The notes beneath the pieces are model-generated. The model searched no databases, was not told the DNA's origin, and saw only the letters and a program-made list of their open reading frames with translations. Below are positions 25,401 to 37,799 of a DNA stretch of 64,000 nucleotides, one piece after another. How positions within the stretch are numbered: position 1 is the first letter of the stretch; every line of letters begins with the position of its first letter. Made by a program: the position numbers and the translations under genes. Origin of the DNA: Podarcis erhardii. Its lineage: Eukaryota. The stretch lies in the NCBI GenBank assembly GCA_964252035.1, contig OZ176212.1; one strand, given 5' to 3'.

Positions 25401-28400
25401 TCCCTTCTGCCGATCATTTTGATAATCTTTGGTGCTAAAAAGCAGATCTCGGGGGAGCTCCAACACAACAATGCTTATATTCCTTCTTAACAGGTCTGCC
25501 AGATTTCCATAGTTAAAGCTAGGGCCCATAAAGTATTCCAAATCTTGTTTCACAATTCTTCCAAGTCCAAAGGCCCCAAAAGCTCCAATCTCCTCCTGGC
25601 TCAAATTCATATCCCAAAATCATTTGATCCCTGCACAAGGGGATCTCCCCACCTTTCCTTTTCCAGATCAGGCCAGGTTCCCATCTTCAAAAATTGGCTT
25701 CTCCTAATTACAGTCATATAAGGCCTCAAGTTGTAATCCTCCATTTGCCTCTGTAGGGTTAAGGCTCCCCCTTGTATTGCTTTATACTCAACAACAGCAA
25801 CTTTCTCCTTCTCTGATTCATCAATTTGTTCAGTTGAGAAAGATTCCTGTGCCGGGTTCTTGTCGACTTCTATGCTGATGCCCACTTTTGTTCCCAAAAT
25901 ATCAATATTAGTAGCCATGACATCTATCTGTTTATGCAGCTTTCCCAACAGATAGATTGTCCTATTCAATAAAACATTTGCTCACTTGCTATTTCTTCTC
26001 AGGCGCAGAGCACTTGCTCTCCAGTAAGGAAAACTGACTATGCTTTTGTTTCCCTGTTTTTTCACTTTTGGAGGGGGTAGTTTTATCCGATCCCTGGCTT
26101 GGATCCACTATTTGCACTGCTGCACAGCCTCTTGAACAAGCATGAGCAGACGATGTCTCTCCGTGCAGCACTGCAATGTGTTACAGGATGAGATGTGGTA
26201 AATAAGGAAGGCTGCAGCACATAAACCCTAGTGGATCACAAAAAGATTTTGAAAAGGAGCTTGCACAAGCAGATGAACTTCTCTAGATTTAGTGTCAGCT
26301 ATCCTGCAATACTCCTCCACTAACTTAGAAGCAGCTCTTCCACTCAAGCCCCTGATTTTAGTGGGACTTAGTGCCTAACTTGCTGTGGATTCTTTTCCCT
26401 TTTTCTAATGTCTTTTCTGCCTTCTGTCCTCTCTGTTCTTCCCATGTTGCTCTTTTTTTGTTCTGTTTATCTTAAAATGTATTATTTTGCCTTTTAAAAA
26501 ACCATTCACAAGGCAGTACGCAAAACATCTTCAAATAATGGAGCCTTAATTAACCAATAACCTTCTTTTACTGTACTTGTTCCTACCCAATAAACTCTCT
26601 GTTCTCTACTGAAATTTTTATGTGCATTGCATATCTGTGATAACTTCTCAAACAGAACTGGAAGGAACCCAAATCATCTAGATTGGGGTGGGGAACCTGT
26701 GCCCCCGCTCCCCTTGATGTTGTTAGAGTACAACTCATATCATATTTGAACATTGGCCAGGCTGGCTGGAGCTGATTGAGTCCAGCAACATCTGGGGGAC
26801 CACATATTTTTTACCCCTGATCTAAATAAACTTGTTTTTTGAAAAGGAACCCCTCCTTTTCCTAACGATGCAATTTAAAATACATGCATCTTCCAAAATC
26901 TTAACTCTAGCTGTGTGCTACTGCTCTTGATACTGTTTTCTTTTGCCGAAGAACATAAAATAATAACTTCTAGGTACATATTAGTATTTGCCAACAGCAG
27001 TAACCATCTTTACTTGGTTGCACATCCATTGAAATAGTGAGTCTATTGATTTTTAAAAAAAAACAACACCAAGCAAATTGATAACTGTTAGAAGTAGAGA
27101 GAAGCAAGGGTGCTGAATGGAGTAATAGCAAGCTTCTAAATCTTTGTTATTGTATGCTAGAATAAATGTATCATAAATGTTAGGATTGATGTAAACCTGT
27201 GCCATCTTGTTCTAAATTACCCAGAATAGTCCAGAAGAAGAGACTGAATTAAAGAAATTGAAAGATTTGGAGAAATCTGTGGAACAAATAGCAAAAAAAA
27301 TAGAAGATGTTAATAAAGAGCTTGGAGGTATTCAAAAAGTAAGTTGATTTCTTATTTCAATAGTTTACCTAGCTTTATAATTTTTAATTGTTGATACTAT
27401 ATTTCCTAATTTAAATGAATTTACCTCAAAAGATCGGTCACTTATCTTGATATTTATGCCTCTTCTAGAAAAATGCTCTAGCTATTTCTTGACTCCTCTT
27501 TTAATCCTTCAAAATAATAAAGGGTATATAATAGTATTTTGATAAACAACATGATAAATTATATTATCTAGATAAGATGTCTTCAGGTATGCTATGAGTA
27601 AATTTTTATGAGAAATTACAATTTCCATACAGGGATTTCTAGCAAAGAATCTTCAAACTGAAGCTCTTAACCAGTTGGACAAGCGGATCAAGGGAACCGC
27701 TGAACAGTTTATGAAGATTCTGGAACAAATTGATGCCATTGTGAGTAAACAATTATAGCAATAAGTTGTTGATCTCTGAAAGAACGTTTAGTTGTACTTT
27801 CAAGTAATATTGGCTTCGGAATAGTAGGCTTTCCTAGTCACTTAGTAGACACCAAATTAATGGCTTTTTAGGGCTCTTTTATGAACCCGTTGTTTCCCCA
27901 CTGATAAATAGGTATCTCTGTTACCCTGCCCATTTTCTGTAACACAAAAACAATAGTTCCATATACACTTTCTGCATAAGGCATCCTATTATCATTTATC
28001 AAATTATTCACTATATTCAGTTTACTAATGTTCCCACTCCAGAAAAGCGACACAGCCGTCCCCCCCACCCACCCACGCAGAGGTTTGTGCATAAATGAAA
28101 TCACGTCAAGTGGGGAGGACCTTCTAAAAAGCCTCTAAATGCCTGTTTTTCCCCTACTCTCCAGCTCTCCACACAACTCTCTCTCTCTTCAAGTAGTTGA
28201 AGTTCTGGGGCCGGCTGGAGGACGCGTGGGACAGCGGTGGCTGCTACACTGCCCCATGTGTCAGCTGGTAGGTGGGGAGGCTCAGCAGCCTAAACAAAGC
28301 CCCACTGCACCTCAGGTCTCTTTGGGGCTTCCTCTGCCCTCACTGACGTCCTCTTCAGGCTCTGGAGAGGGCCTCCTTACGAGCCACGAGGACTCTCTAG

Positions 28401-31400
28401 CTCTATCCCACCATTTCCTTGTATTTATTTATTTTCTGGCGCTGCACATATGCACATATGCACAGTTGTGCGCGGGTAGAACACGCGTAAGTGGGGGTAA
28501 GGCTGTATACATACAGTTACCCTCATGCATCAGAGGCATTTTGAACAGTGGTTTCCCTTTCCGCTAACTGGGAAGATGGTACCAGAACTCTGGAAAGGAG
28601 GCAGGAATAAGCACCTTTCAAAGCTGTGTTGATGAGCTGCTAGTGTTCTAAAGAAAAATAGCTTTCTTGCACTTTTGGAACTTCTCATGTACTCTTCCAG
28701 ACTAGCGCCCAAAACTTACAAATTCAAATGCAATTTGTCCTCATAGAAGCAGAACATTTTCTTCTACATATGTTTAACGTTTTGCTCACAAATGGCAGAA
28801 AAGACAAAGAAAAGTGAATCCTGTTTTTATTTATTTTTATTTTTTTCAAAAAAAACTTTTTAAAAGTTGGAAGGACCATTTCATGCACAGTGATTTCCCC
28901 ACACCAATATAGCTTCTCTGTAGGAAAAAGTGTTTGCATTGTGTTTATCATAACATAGCAATTGGCAGAATGTGTCTGTTTCACCAAAGGTATACATGAT
29001 AGAAGTCTGCAGTGCACCACAGCTTCTTACCATGTACATATGCAGCAAAATAGGTACATAACATGTTCCTAATGAGTGTATCTGTTCTTTCTTGCACAGA
29101 AATAATAACTGAGTCTTAAGCTGTTATATTATAATGTGAGAGGTTTTCTTCTGCTAAGCTTGTGGGATTCTGGGTCCATTTGAAGTACAGTCTATTACAC
29201 TGGCTCGGGCTTCAATAGCTTTAAGAGAACTAGGTTTTTGTCAATGTTTTAGTTAGGAAGACTAAAACATAGCGAGGTTCAATATCCATCTGTAACTACA
29301 AAATCAGATTCAGGTTTTCATTTATTACAGTGTGCATGCTAAATATTAGCTCTTTTTGTCCACAAAGAAATTGGGAGATAGTTTCCTATAAGTAGTTATT
29401 TTTTACAAAACATTTGTAAAATGTTCCTAGACAGCTTACAAGTAGATCAAACGTTTAAATGCCAAAACTTCCATTCCTTTTATCATTTCGTAGAATACAT
29501 ATTTTAGAACCTTATTTATAGGTTGCAAATCATTCATTCCTTTAGGTATTCAGCTAATTTTTATTCAGAGTAGACCCACTGCAATTAATGGATCTTAGTC
29601 TTATTCATTAATTTCAATGGGTCTTCTCTGAATAAAAATTATCTGAATACCACACTGAAAGTCATGATTAATTACATTCTAGCTCCAACAGAGCTAGGAG
29701 AATGAGATCAAACACTTTTGTGTTAATAGCCAGTCATTGTGTTCCTCATTTATACTTGAAGAACTTGTTTAAACATGCATTAGTAAATTTAGAAAAATGA
29801 ATTGATGTGCTTATGCAACTTCCTTAGCTAGACTTTGCAGATACGAGGGGGTGTCTGTAAGACTGCTTATTAAAAAGATGCACATTTAAATAATTAGATA
29901 ACTGGTTTTTGTGAGCTTTTCAAAATATTTTGGAGATGAAAATACTACTTTTGTAACCTTTAAAAACCGATTTTCTCTTTCAAATATTGGACTAAATTAA
30001 GTTCTGACCATTTATAACTTAGAGATGTTATAAATTTATTACTTAGTTAACTAAACTTCTTTTTTCTTCCAAAAGCGCCCAGCGCAGCAAACATCAAAAT
30101 ATTAAAAAAGAATAAAAACATATTTGAGATATTGTAAAGCTAATTAGGAACCAGCTAAAAAACATTTCAAAGCACTTAAAGGTAAAGGTACCCCTGCCTG
30201 TACGGGCCAGTCTTGCCAGACTCTAGGTTTGTGCGCTCATCTCACTCTATAGGCCGGGAGCCAGCGCTGTCTGCAGACACTTCCAGGTCACGTGGCCAGT
30301 CTGACAAAGATGCATCTGGTGAGCCAGCGCAGCACACGGAACGCCGTTTACCTTCCCGCTATAAAGCAGTACCTATTTATCTACTTGCACCCGGGGGTGC
30401 TTTCAAACTGCTAGGTTGGCAGGCGCTGGGACCGAACGACGGGAGCGCACCCCGCCGCGGGGATTCGAACTGCCGACCTGACGATCGGCAAGTTCTAGGC
30501 GCTGAGGTTTTACCCACAGCGCCACCCGCGTCCCAAAGCACTTACAGCATCTAAAATCTTTAAGAGAGGGTAATGTGGGTTTTCCATAAAATTTTGAACT
30601 GGAAAATCTCTGATAAAGTTACACTGCTCAACTGAAAGGGATGTGACTTAGTATTTTTATTTGACTTACATTGGTTTAAAAAAGGCATTTAAAAAGTAAT
30701 GCTGATTTTACATGCTGTGTAAAATCTGAAAAGTTTTTCCAGTAGCCTAAAGTAGTTGAAGTATTTGCTTAATCTGTACTTGGTGCAATTCAAAAAGATC
30801 AAATTCTTCAGTTGGAAATGATTTTTATTGGAATGTTTTAAGAAGGCATAGACCTTGGGAGTTGCATAATGTAGTGTTTAGCATAATAATTAATAATGCA
30901 GAGTTGTATGGAAGGGCACAAACTGGAAGATGAACTTGAAGTCCAAACAGATGAACCCATCCCAACATTTTTATATTTCATTATCACTAATGTAGCAGTC
31001 CTCTTCGTCACTACAATAGTTCTGTGATGTAGGCTAGTTATTCCCACTGTAAGATGGAGAACTGAGATCGACTTGCCTACAAACCATCCAGGGAGCCAGG
31101 CCTGAGAGAAAAAGGATTGAACTCTGGTCCAAGTCCAAAATATCTGTTGGACCACACTGGCCAATATGGATCATAAGAAGGTTCTGCAACAACTATGTGA
31201 GATACAGCTTGGTACAGATCAGGGAGAAATTGCCTTTCCGCCCCTAAAAAAGCAGTGATCATAAAATGATAATTATAAAAGCAACAAATCCAGAAAATAA
31301 AAAGCAACAGGGACAGCACACTCAGAATAGATAACACATTCAAGAATGCCTTGCTGAAAAATTCATTCGAATAATATTGTTGTTAATTGAAGCCTGAAGA

Positions 31401-34400
31401 TAAAGTGATCCGGCCTGATATCTCAAGGCAGAGACTAGTTTCATAGCTTGGCCACAACCACCAAGGTGCACCTCTGATGGTAGTAAGATGCAGAACCTTC
31501 TCTGGAGACTGAAGTGTGCAGACAGGTTCATATGGGTAGAGGGAGGTTCTTTAGATATCAAAGTCCCAAACCAGCTCTGAATTGAAATAGCCCATCTGAA
31601 AACATTCCAAATGAATAATGAACCAGGCTCCCTCTGCAAGATGTTGCTATCACCAAGCCCTTAAATTGCAGTTGGTGACAGGGTCTTGCACAAGCATCCC
31701 AAGCATTAAATTATTTTTATTGATGAACTTTATTTTAATTGAATATTCAAATGTTATTGTAACTCAAGGTGTATTGCTAACTTCACCTCTTAAAACCTTG
31801 AATAGTTGGACAACGTATTCCTGGAGAGGAGACGTAAGCTGACTTAAGGTAAAAAGGAAAGATGGTGAGATCTGATTTGAATGTTACTGTAATGTTTTTC
31901 TCACACCACCAACTCAGAGTTGGTGACATTAAGATCTGTTTGGTGCTGTGATCCTGTGTTTGCCAGTTGCCTAGTGAATATGAGCTTTCAAAACACAGTC
32001 TTGGGGATCTTGCTGAGTGTTCACAACCAGGGCTATTTCTGAGCGGATTCCTTAAGTAATTGATGTAAAGCCTGTAGTTATGACAAAATTACAAATGTCA
32101 TGTTCCAATCATATATATTATCTATCTATATAGAAGAGGCATAAGGTGCCCTTAAAATATTCTTGGACCAGCTCTTATCAGCTCCTGTAAGCATAGCCAA
32201 TGGTCAAGGAGTTTCTTTATTAATTGAATTTATATCCCACCCTTCCTTCCAGAGGAGCCCAGAGTTGTAGTCTGACAACATTCAGTGGGCCACAGGTTCC
32301 CCATCCATGGTTCAATACTGACATAACAATTTGTTTCTCCCTATCATTTTTAACAAGCTTCCCTTGGTTCCCTGTAATGCACTTTTGAATTATCTATGAC
32401 AATTAAGTGAGCTTCTTGTATTACTTTGGAAATTCTTAATTGCGTTTTCCTCTTGCTCGGCACAGTGTTCCCTGCAAAATGCAGGCCTTCCTCTTCCAGA
32501 AGGTAAATTGTGTTTTAGAACTCTCCACTGAGGGAAACGTTTAACCTAACACAGTCCCTATTTTCGGAATAGAATAAACTTGCCATAACACCATTTCGGA
32601 TCCAGAATGGTTCAGAGGATACTTCTTGGACAGTCTGATGTATGCTTTGGTGGCTAAGAGTATGAGCCAGGAAATCACTGGTTCAAGTCTAGCCTCAGTC
32701 ACAAAGTCACCAGGTGGACTTGGGCATGGAAGTGTCTCAGCTGTGTCCTCCATCAGCAGTATGGGATGATAGTACTCTAGGACGTTGTATTGAGCACTTG
32801 AGAATCCTTGATATTTATCTATTTTATTTAAGGGCTGTATATCCTGCCTTTCAACAGGCTCCCAGGGTCTCTTACAAAAAGTTAGAATTACAGTGGCTGA
32901 TATTCAATGTTCATTATACTCAGACTCATTGAAATTAGTGGACTTTCCATTTCAGTGTGCCTGTTCTTAGTATGTTTAAACATTAAATATTACCCAAAAA
33001 ATGTAAAACAACCACTTTGAAATAACCACAGTATGAAAGAGCATTGTTATTTAAGTAATCTTTGTGCCCAAATACATTTGTGCAGTCAGTAGATTTTTCA
33101 CCATATCAGTCTAATTTGGCAGACTGAGGCAGACTCTGAACCATTTTGTTCCACTTGGATAATACATCAATCCTTCTCCAAGTTAATAATTTTATGTCTC
33201 TTGCTTATCAATAGTATCTACCGTATATATACTGTGCACTAATAATTCTGTGCCAAGATAATTCTCATAATTCTGTGCCAAGAAATCTGGGACCTGTATA
33301 TATTTTAATATTTTTTTAATACAGTGGTGCCTCGCAAGACGAAAAGAATCCGTTCCGCGATTCTCGTCTAGCGGTTTTTTCGTCTTGCGAAGCAAGCCCA
33401 TTGACGGCTTAGTGGATTAGCGCTATTAGCGGCTTAGCGGATAAGCGCCTTAGCGCCTTAGAAAAAGGGGGGAGGGGGGGGGAGTCGGAAAAACTCGCAA
33501 GACATTTCGTCTTGCGAAGCAAGCCCATAGGGAAATTCGTTTTGCGAAGCGCCTCCAAGACGGAAAACCCTTTCGTCTAGCGGGTTTTTCGTCTTGCGAG
33601 GCATTCGTCTTGCGGGGCACCGCTGTACCTTGTTTTTAATAATTCTGCTGTTTCCAGTTATGTGGTAGGTTAAGAACTATGCTTGCCCGTGATGCCTTGT
33701 GCCGACAGCTAAAAATCCATCCCAGTCCATCCTCTGATTTAGGTTTCAAAGTGTGGGGGTCACTTTCTCCATTCTTCACAATATTGGAGGCTAGCAGTAT
33801 TTAGCAGGGAAGGACGGCTGAGAATTTAATACCTGGTGAAAATTTTCAAGTTGGTCAGGCATAATTGTAAAATATACAAATATATATATATGGATATATA
33901 TATATAGGCGATCATTGTTGAAAACCTGTGTAGCATAGATTTTAAATCCCAAATGAAAGGTCAATATTTCATCCATATTTGTTCATTCTGAAAAGTTGTT
34001 ATTTAAAAAGGAAATCTCTGTGGAAATCACTGTGATATGTCTGCACCATGATTTCTATAATTAGCTAACATTTCTGGACCCATAATTTGGCCTAAGCAAA
34101 ACTAAGGTGACACTAGTGTCAGCTTATATTCAAAAGAACTCTGTGTTTAGAGTTAAATGGTTATTCAAAATTAGCTTGTAAATGACAAGGAGGACATTTT
34201 TTGCATTTGAAATATATAGATTCAGGAGAGAAAGAATTAACACAAGACTATCCAGGGTTTAATGAACACAATTTGGGTGTGTAATAAATTTTAGGGTCTG
34301 CCTACAGAATAAATTCAGGAGAAGGCACACTCCTCTGTCAAGTTTAACCAAGAGCCTCACATGTGGACCTGAATTCCACTTTCATAGCACTTTGTGTTGC

Positions 34401-36388
34401 TTGATGAGGGACTTGTGTGAAGAGGAACTTGGCATTCTGGTTTTTTGGCATTCTATTCTTTTGAAAGCTAGGTGGCGGCTGCTTCCGGTGGAAATGTTAA
34501 GAGCTCTAGTATCTATTGTAACTGAGTTTTTCATTTTGGTAAGCCTGCTTTGCAGATGCTGTAACTCTTCAAATGGCCTAGGATTGCACATAACTTGTAA
34601 GAAGACACACAAAGTCCTATCTATCTGCTCTGCAGTAATTTATGGCAGAGGCGGGGAACGGGATCCAGCTGGCAGACAAGATAATCATCCCCCCAACAGG
34701 CCAACTTTGACAGGTGGACAGTGCTACCCACTTGTCAGTTTCCTGACACCACAGTGGAATCGTGTGTCCATTTTTTGACCACTGCAAAGCATTTTGCCAG
34801 TGCCAAAATTAGCTGGTTATCAAAACTTGTGAAGGCAGATGTATGGCACAGTGCATGACCTGATTTGGGGTTCTTGCGAAGCCCCTTGCACATCACTTTG
34901 TAGGTGTGGTCAGTGCTGCTGCGTCACCTACATGGAGAGGCCAGGTGGGTTCTCCATGGCTGGTGTGTAGAGTGTGCTAGGCATGCAGCAGTATAAACTA
35001 GCAGTGCCATTGGACTGAGAGTTTAATGAATTTAGATTATATAGGTGATTGGTTCTGTTTAGGCTGTCGTTAGAATTGTGCATATACCTACTGAGGTACC
35101 TATTGCAAGAACCATATTTGGACATACAACTTTATATATTGCTTTTATAATTAGACACCATCCATTTTGTTTTGCCACAGACTCTCCCAGAAAACTTCAG
35201 TGACTGTAAACAGAAAAAGAAGGGGCTAGTGAAAAAAGTTCAGGTAAGTCCCTGTACCAAGTGTAACTGTGTTCATCTGATTAGGAAGTGGAACTTCCAA
35301 GTTTCTTGAAAAATCATGTGACCTCTGTTAAAATCTCAAAAACAAAAGTTCAAACTTTCAGTCCTTTTATATGCATATAGACAATCTCATTAAGAAACAG
35401 AGAAATAATTTTTAAAAGCAAATAATTATGTACATGTTTTTATCAAGAAGTGAAGAAAAAACAAGCATCATCCTAGCTATGTGTTTATTACCATTTGTAT
35501 TGGTTACATTTCCCATGCAGGACCTTGGAATTGCATTTTAAATTTCAGAAAATATAAACAAAATAGTAGTCCAGAATAGCGTGCTGTTTGACAAAAGCAC
35601 CTAGAAGTCACATTGCTCATCTGTCTCAGGCTCTCTCCCACTCCTCAGAGGAGCATTCGGTAGTTGAACACCTGATCATCTCTTTTTTCCTTGCAGACTT
35701 TCTTGCAGATAGCAAACATTTATATTTGAATAGCTGAATGGCAACCATTTCATGGATCCCCAGCGTTAATCTACTGGTTCCTAAGTAGTCAAACTATTGC
35801 TTGCAAACTGGGAGTGAGCCTTGGGAATGCATGTGTTCCCTTCCGGGTGTGTCTTAACCCCTCCTGTTCCTGTTCCTTTAACTGTGGTTTTGCATTACAT
35901 TTGCACCCTTGCCTAATTTTGGTAAACACTAATCATGCTCCCTCTCAGCTGTGATTTACAAGCCCACTATCAGTTTGATCTCTTGGTCAAGATGGAAACC
36001 ATGATTTTCAGATGTAAAACTTTGGTTAAGAAGAACAGGAAGGGTGGGTTCAATTCAAATTAAAGAGGGTAAAGAAAGTTGGGGGAGGGAGCACCCATTC
36101 CTGAGGCCGGCTTCCAAATCACAAACTGGCTATCGCTACACCAGATCTTAGGTATGTTTTATAAAAAGAGTTACTTGTGCCTATAATTCATAAGCTAAGT
36201 TGTTCTTGCTGTCTTTTCTATATATATAAAAAAATACTATGCTTGGTTTTTAGATACCCTATTGCATTAAGCCTCATTGTCCTTAATTTTGCTTTTAGGG
36301 TTTCCTTGCACAGTGTGATACAGTGGAAGGCAGTATTGGTCAAGAAATTGATAAACTGCAGTTGAAGAACATGGCCCTGGCAGAATGA
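19100..36388 (+). CDS. BAG1: BAG family molecular chaperone regulator 1 (ubiquitin-like + BAG domain), 214 aa from the first in-frame ATG
   Basis: join(19100-19157,20744-20872,22173-22255,27225-27338,27633-27740,35181-35243,36299-36388) = 645 bp. All introns [46 protein letters not shown] and FLAQCDTVE...MALAE* match recalled BAG1. Confidence 0.96.
19434..19460. repeat. (CATC)n microsatellite with degenerate flank
   Basis: ccatccatccatccatccatccatac. Confidence 0.85.
19895..20153. mobile_element. Tc2/pogo-type MITE (CCGTATTTTT ends)
   Basis: TA TSD (19893-94, 20154-55); ends ccgtattttttgctctgtaagac / gtcttatagaacgaaaaatacgg; same family as 55691-56054 in the opposite orientation. Confidence 0.85.
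20744..20872 (+). CDS. BAG1: BAG1 exon 2
   Basis: cag|SEKHSLQV...[11 protein letters not shown]+G|gtaagt, 129 bp. Confidence 0.95.
21547..21591. repeat. (TTTTA)9 microsatellite
   Basis: Perfect pentanucleotide array. Confidence 0.95.
22173..22255 (+). CDS. BAG1: BAG1 exon 3
   Basis: tag|[27 protein letters not shown]|gtaact. Confidence 0.95.
22402..25962 (-). mobile_element. 5'-truncated retroposed element with L1-type 3' UTR and a degraded ORF of unknown type, split by a nested L1
   Basis: 17-bp TSD TATTCAATAAAACATTT at 22385-22401 and 25963-25979; poly(A) tail (T8 on + strand, 22399-22406); about 1.16 kb once the nested L1 is removed; ORF remnants in 25275-25962. Confidence 0.85.
22873..25264 (-). 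mobile_element. 5'-truncated L1 LINE (ORF2 RT and C-terminal CCHC region, 3' UTR, poly(A))
   Basis: RT motifs [33 protein letters not shown]; C-terminal [15 protein letters not shown]; frameshift near 23725; 13-bp TSD TTTATACACTTTA at 22860-22872 and 25265-25277; T10 tail 22873-22882. Confidence 0.95.
26684..26819. mobile_element. Old hAT-type MITE
   Basis: Ends tggggtggggaacctgtg / ttttacccctg; imperfect 8-bp TSD atctagat / atctaaat. Confidence 0.6.
27225..27338 (+). CDS. BAG1: BAG1 exon 4
   Basis: cag|[20 protein letters not shown]...GIQK|gtaagt. Confidence 0.95.
27633..27740 (+). CDS. BAG1: BAG1 exon 5
   Basis: cag|[12 protein letters not shown]...[13 protein letters not shown]|gtgagt. 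Confidence 0.95.
29545..29651. mobile_element. Palindromic MITE-like element
   Basis: 46-bp inverted arms with 4 mismatches around a 15-nt spacer; related decayed copies at ~20480-20590, ~20900-20980, ~48205-48285. Confidence 0.7.
30179..30533 (-). mobile_element. Sauria SINE (Squam1), full length and young
   Basis: Reverse strand starts gggacgcgggtggcgctgtggg, B box gttcgaatc, ends ggggtacctttaccttt; CpG-rich; 11-bp TSD CAAAGCACTTA at 30168-30178 and 30534-30544. Confidence 0.95.
31330..31575 (-). mobile_element. Old L2 LINE 3' fragment
   Basis: caggttcatatgggtagagggaggttctttagatatc...ccaaacc resembles the reverse of an L2 3' coding end. Confidence 0.5.
33322..33625. mobile_element. Tc1/mariner-pogo (Tigger-like) MITE
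   Basis: TA TSD; TIR cagtggtgcctcgcaagacgaa / ttcgtcttgcggggcaccgctg; internal TTAGCG(G/C) repeats. Confidence 0.9.
35181..35243 (+). CDS. BAG1: BAG1 exon 6
   Basis: cag|[21 protein letters not shown]|gtaagt. Confidence 0.95.
36299..36388 (+). CDS. BAG1: BAG1 exon 7 (to stop)
   Basis: tag|[32 protein letters not shown]. Confidence 0.95.
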   Translation, partial: GFLAQCDTVEGSIGQEIDKLQLKNMALAE

Positions 36389-37799
36389 GGCATTATTTTA
36401 AGTAACTAGGAGAAATAATTGCTCTGTGAGCAAGAGGAAGAGTTTGCTCTTGATTTTGGAGCACCTGTTTAGTATTCAAAATTTTATTTTAAGCAGAGTC
36501 CAGTAATCCTGTTGCATGTTGACCATTGCTTACTGGTTGTCACGTGTTCTGCTTAGATGTAAAGCTCTTCTTTCCAAAAAATAATACAACACATTCTGCT
36601 GTTTTTCTTGACTGTATTTCAAAACATGCCTTTGTGTGATCATATTTGTTTCAGCTAAACTACATGTTGCTTTCCTTCATTAATCGTTCAGAGCAACTAC
36701 TGTAACTATGATGCTGTTAAGTAAAATTGTGTGTGTTCTCAGATGCAGGAAAGATTTAACCACCTGAGGTTTTATCTGTCTTACTTTCAGGATGCCTAAA
36801 TTTGAATGTACTGTAAGATGTATTGTGCTTTTAACTAGTGGCTGAACATCGATAAGGTCCTTGATGGTCATTTTTACATATTTGTGATATATTGTGTATA
36901 TGTTCTGTGTTCTCTTTGGGTAGTGTAGGACATTCTGGAGCAGGAAATTCCCATCAGACTTCCTGTCTTCTATGGTGGGGGAGGGGGGCAGAGTTAGTCA
37001 CATGAATGATGAATGTGACACAACAGCCTCACAAGAGTTTGGCCTACGCCAGGTACTTGGTTAGCCGCGTGCTTCTCAGCTGTGGAGGCTGCTGAGCAAA
37101 ACATTGATTCCCCTGTGCAGCACCTCCCACCCCACCTATCCCAGAGTCTCTCCTCCATACAGCTAGCAAAGGCACGGAAATACACCAAAACCAAATCCTG
37201 AGGAGAATTATGGGTCCTGTAGTGCCTAGATGCTTCACTTGCCTAGGCTGGTGAGGATAATGTGTACAGTGGTGTCAGTTTTACACATAGCTACCCTTAG
37301 GAAGTCTCAGCAACATGCAGGCAAGCAGCTTGGCATGTGTGCCTGGCCAGTGCGGGGAGGAAGCAACATAAGCAGCAACTGCTCAGGATGACCCCCTCCG
37401 CTCTCTGATGGTATCCATTGGAAAGGTTATGGTGTGGGGGGGTCCATTCTAATGCCCTCCAGCTACTGGGCACCACAGGGGTCTACACCTTGACCACAAA
37501 GTGCACAGCCCTGCAAAAATTCAGTTAGAGGGAAGAGGGTGTGATTGCTGGTGATTGCTTTCCTGCTGCATTAAGATGACAGACGGTTCTTTTCTTAACA
37601 TTGCATGCTGCTGAATCAGGCTAAGCTAAGCAGCAGCAGTGGGCTGAGAACATTGGTGTAAGCAAAAAGTGGCAGGTTGTCTCACCTGCTTCTCACCCAC
37701 CCCTCTGTAAGGAGATGAGGAAGCCCTTTCCATAGTGTAACCTGGTGTTAGAACCTATTACAAGCAAGGAGGAGGGAGAGCTCTCTGGGAGGAAGCCCA

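Noticed and set aside
25989-26171. 60-aa minus-strand ORF as the 5' part of the unknown-ORF element
   Set aside because: It lies outside the 17-bp TSD ending at 25979, so it is flanking intron sequence. It has no recognisable homology or splice support.
30179-30533. tRNA gene calls at the heads of SINEs (also 1486-1737, 9518-9767, 14952-15138)
   Set aside because: A/B boxes are present, but they run into SINE bodies and tails with no complete cloverleaf.
33395-33460. TTAGCGG tandem heptamers as telomere-like or CRISPR-like repeats
   Set aside because: They are internal to a TA-flanked MITE found twice in the window; there is no spacer structure and the DNA is eukaryotic.
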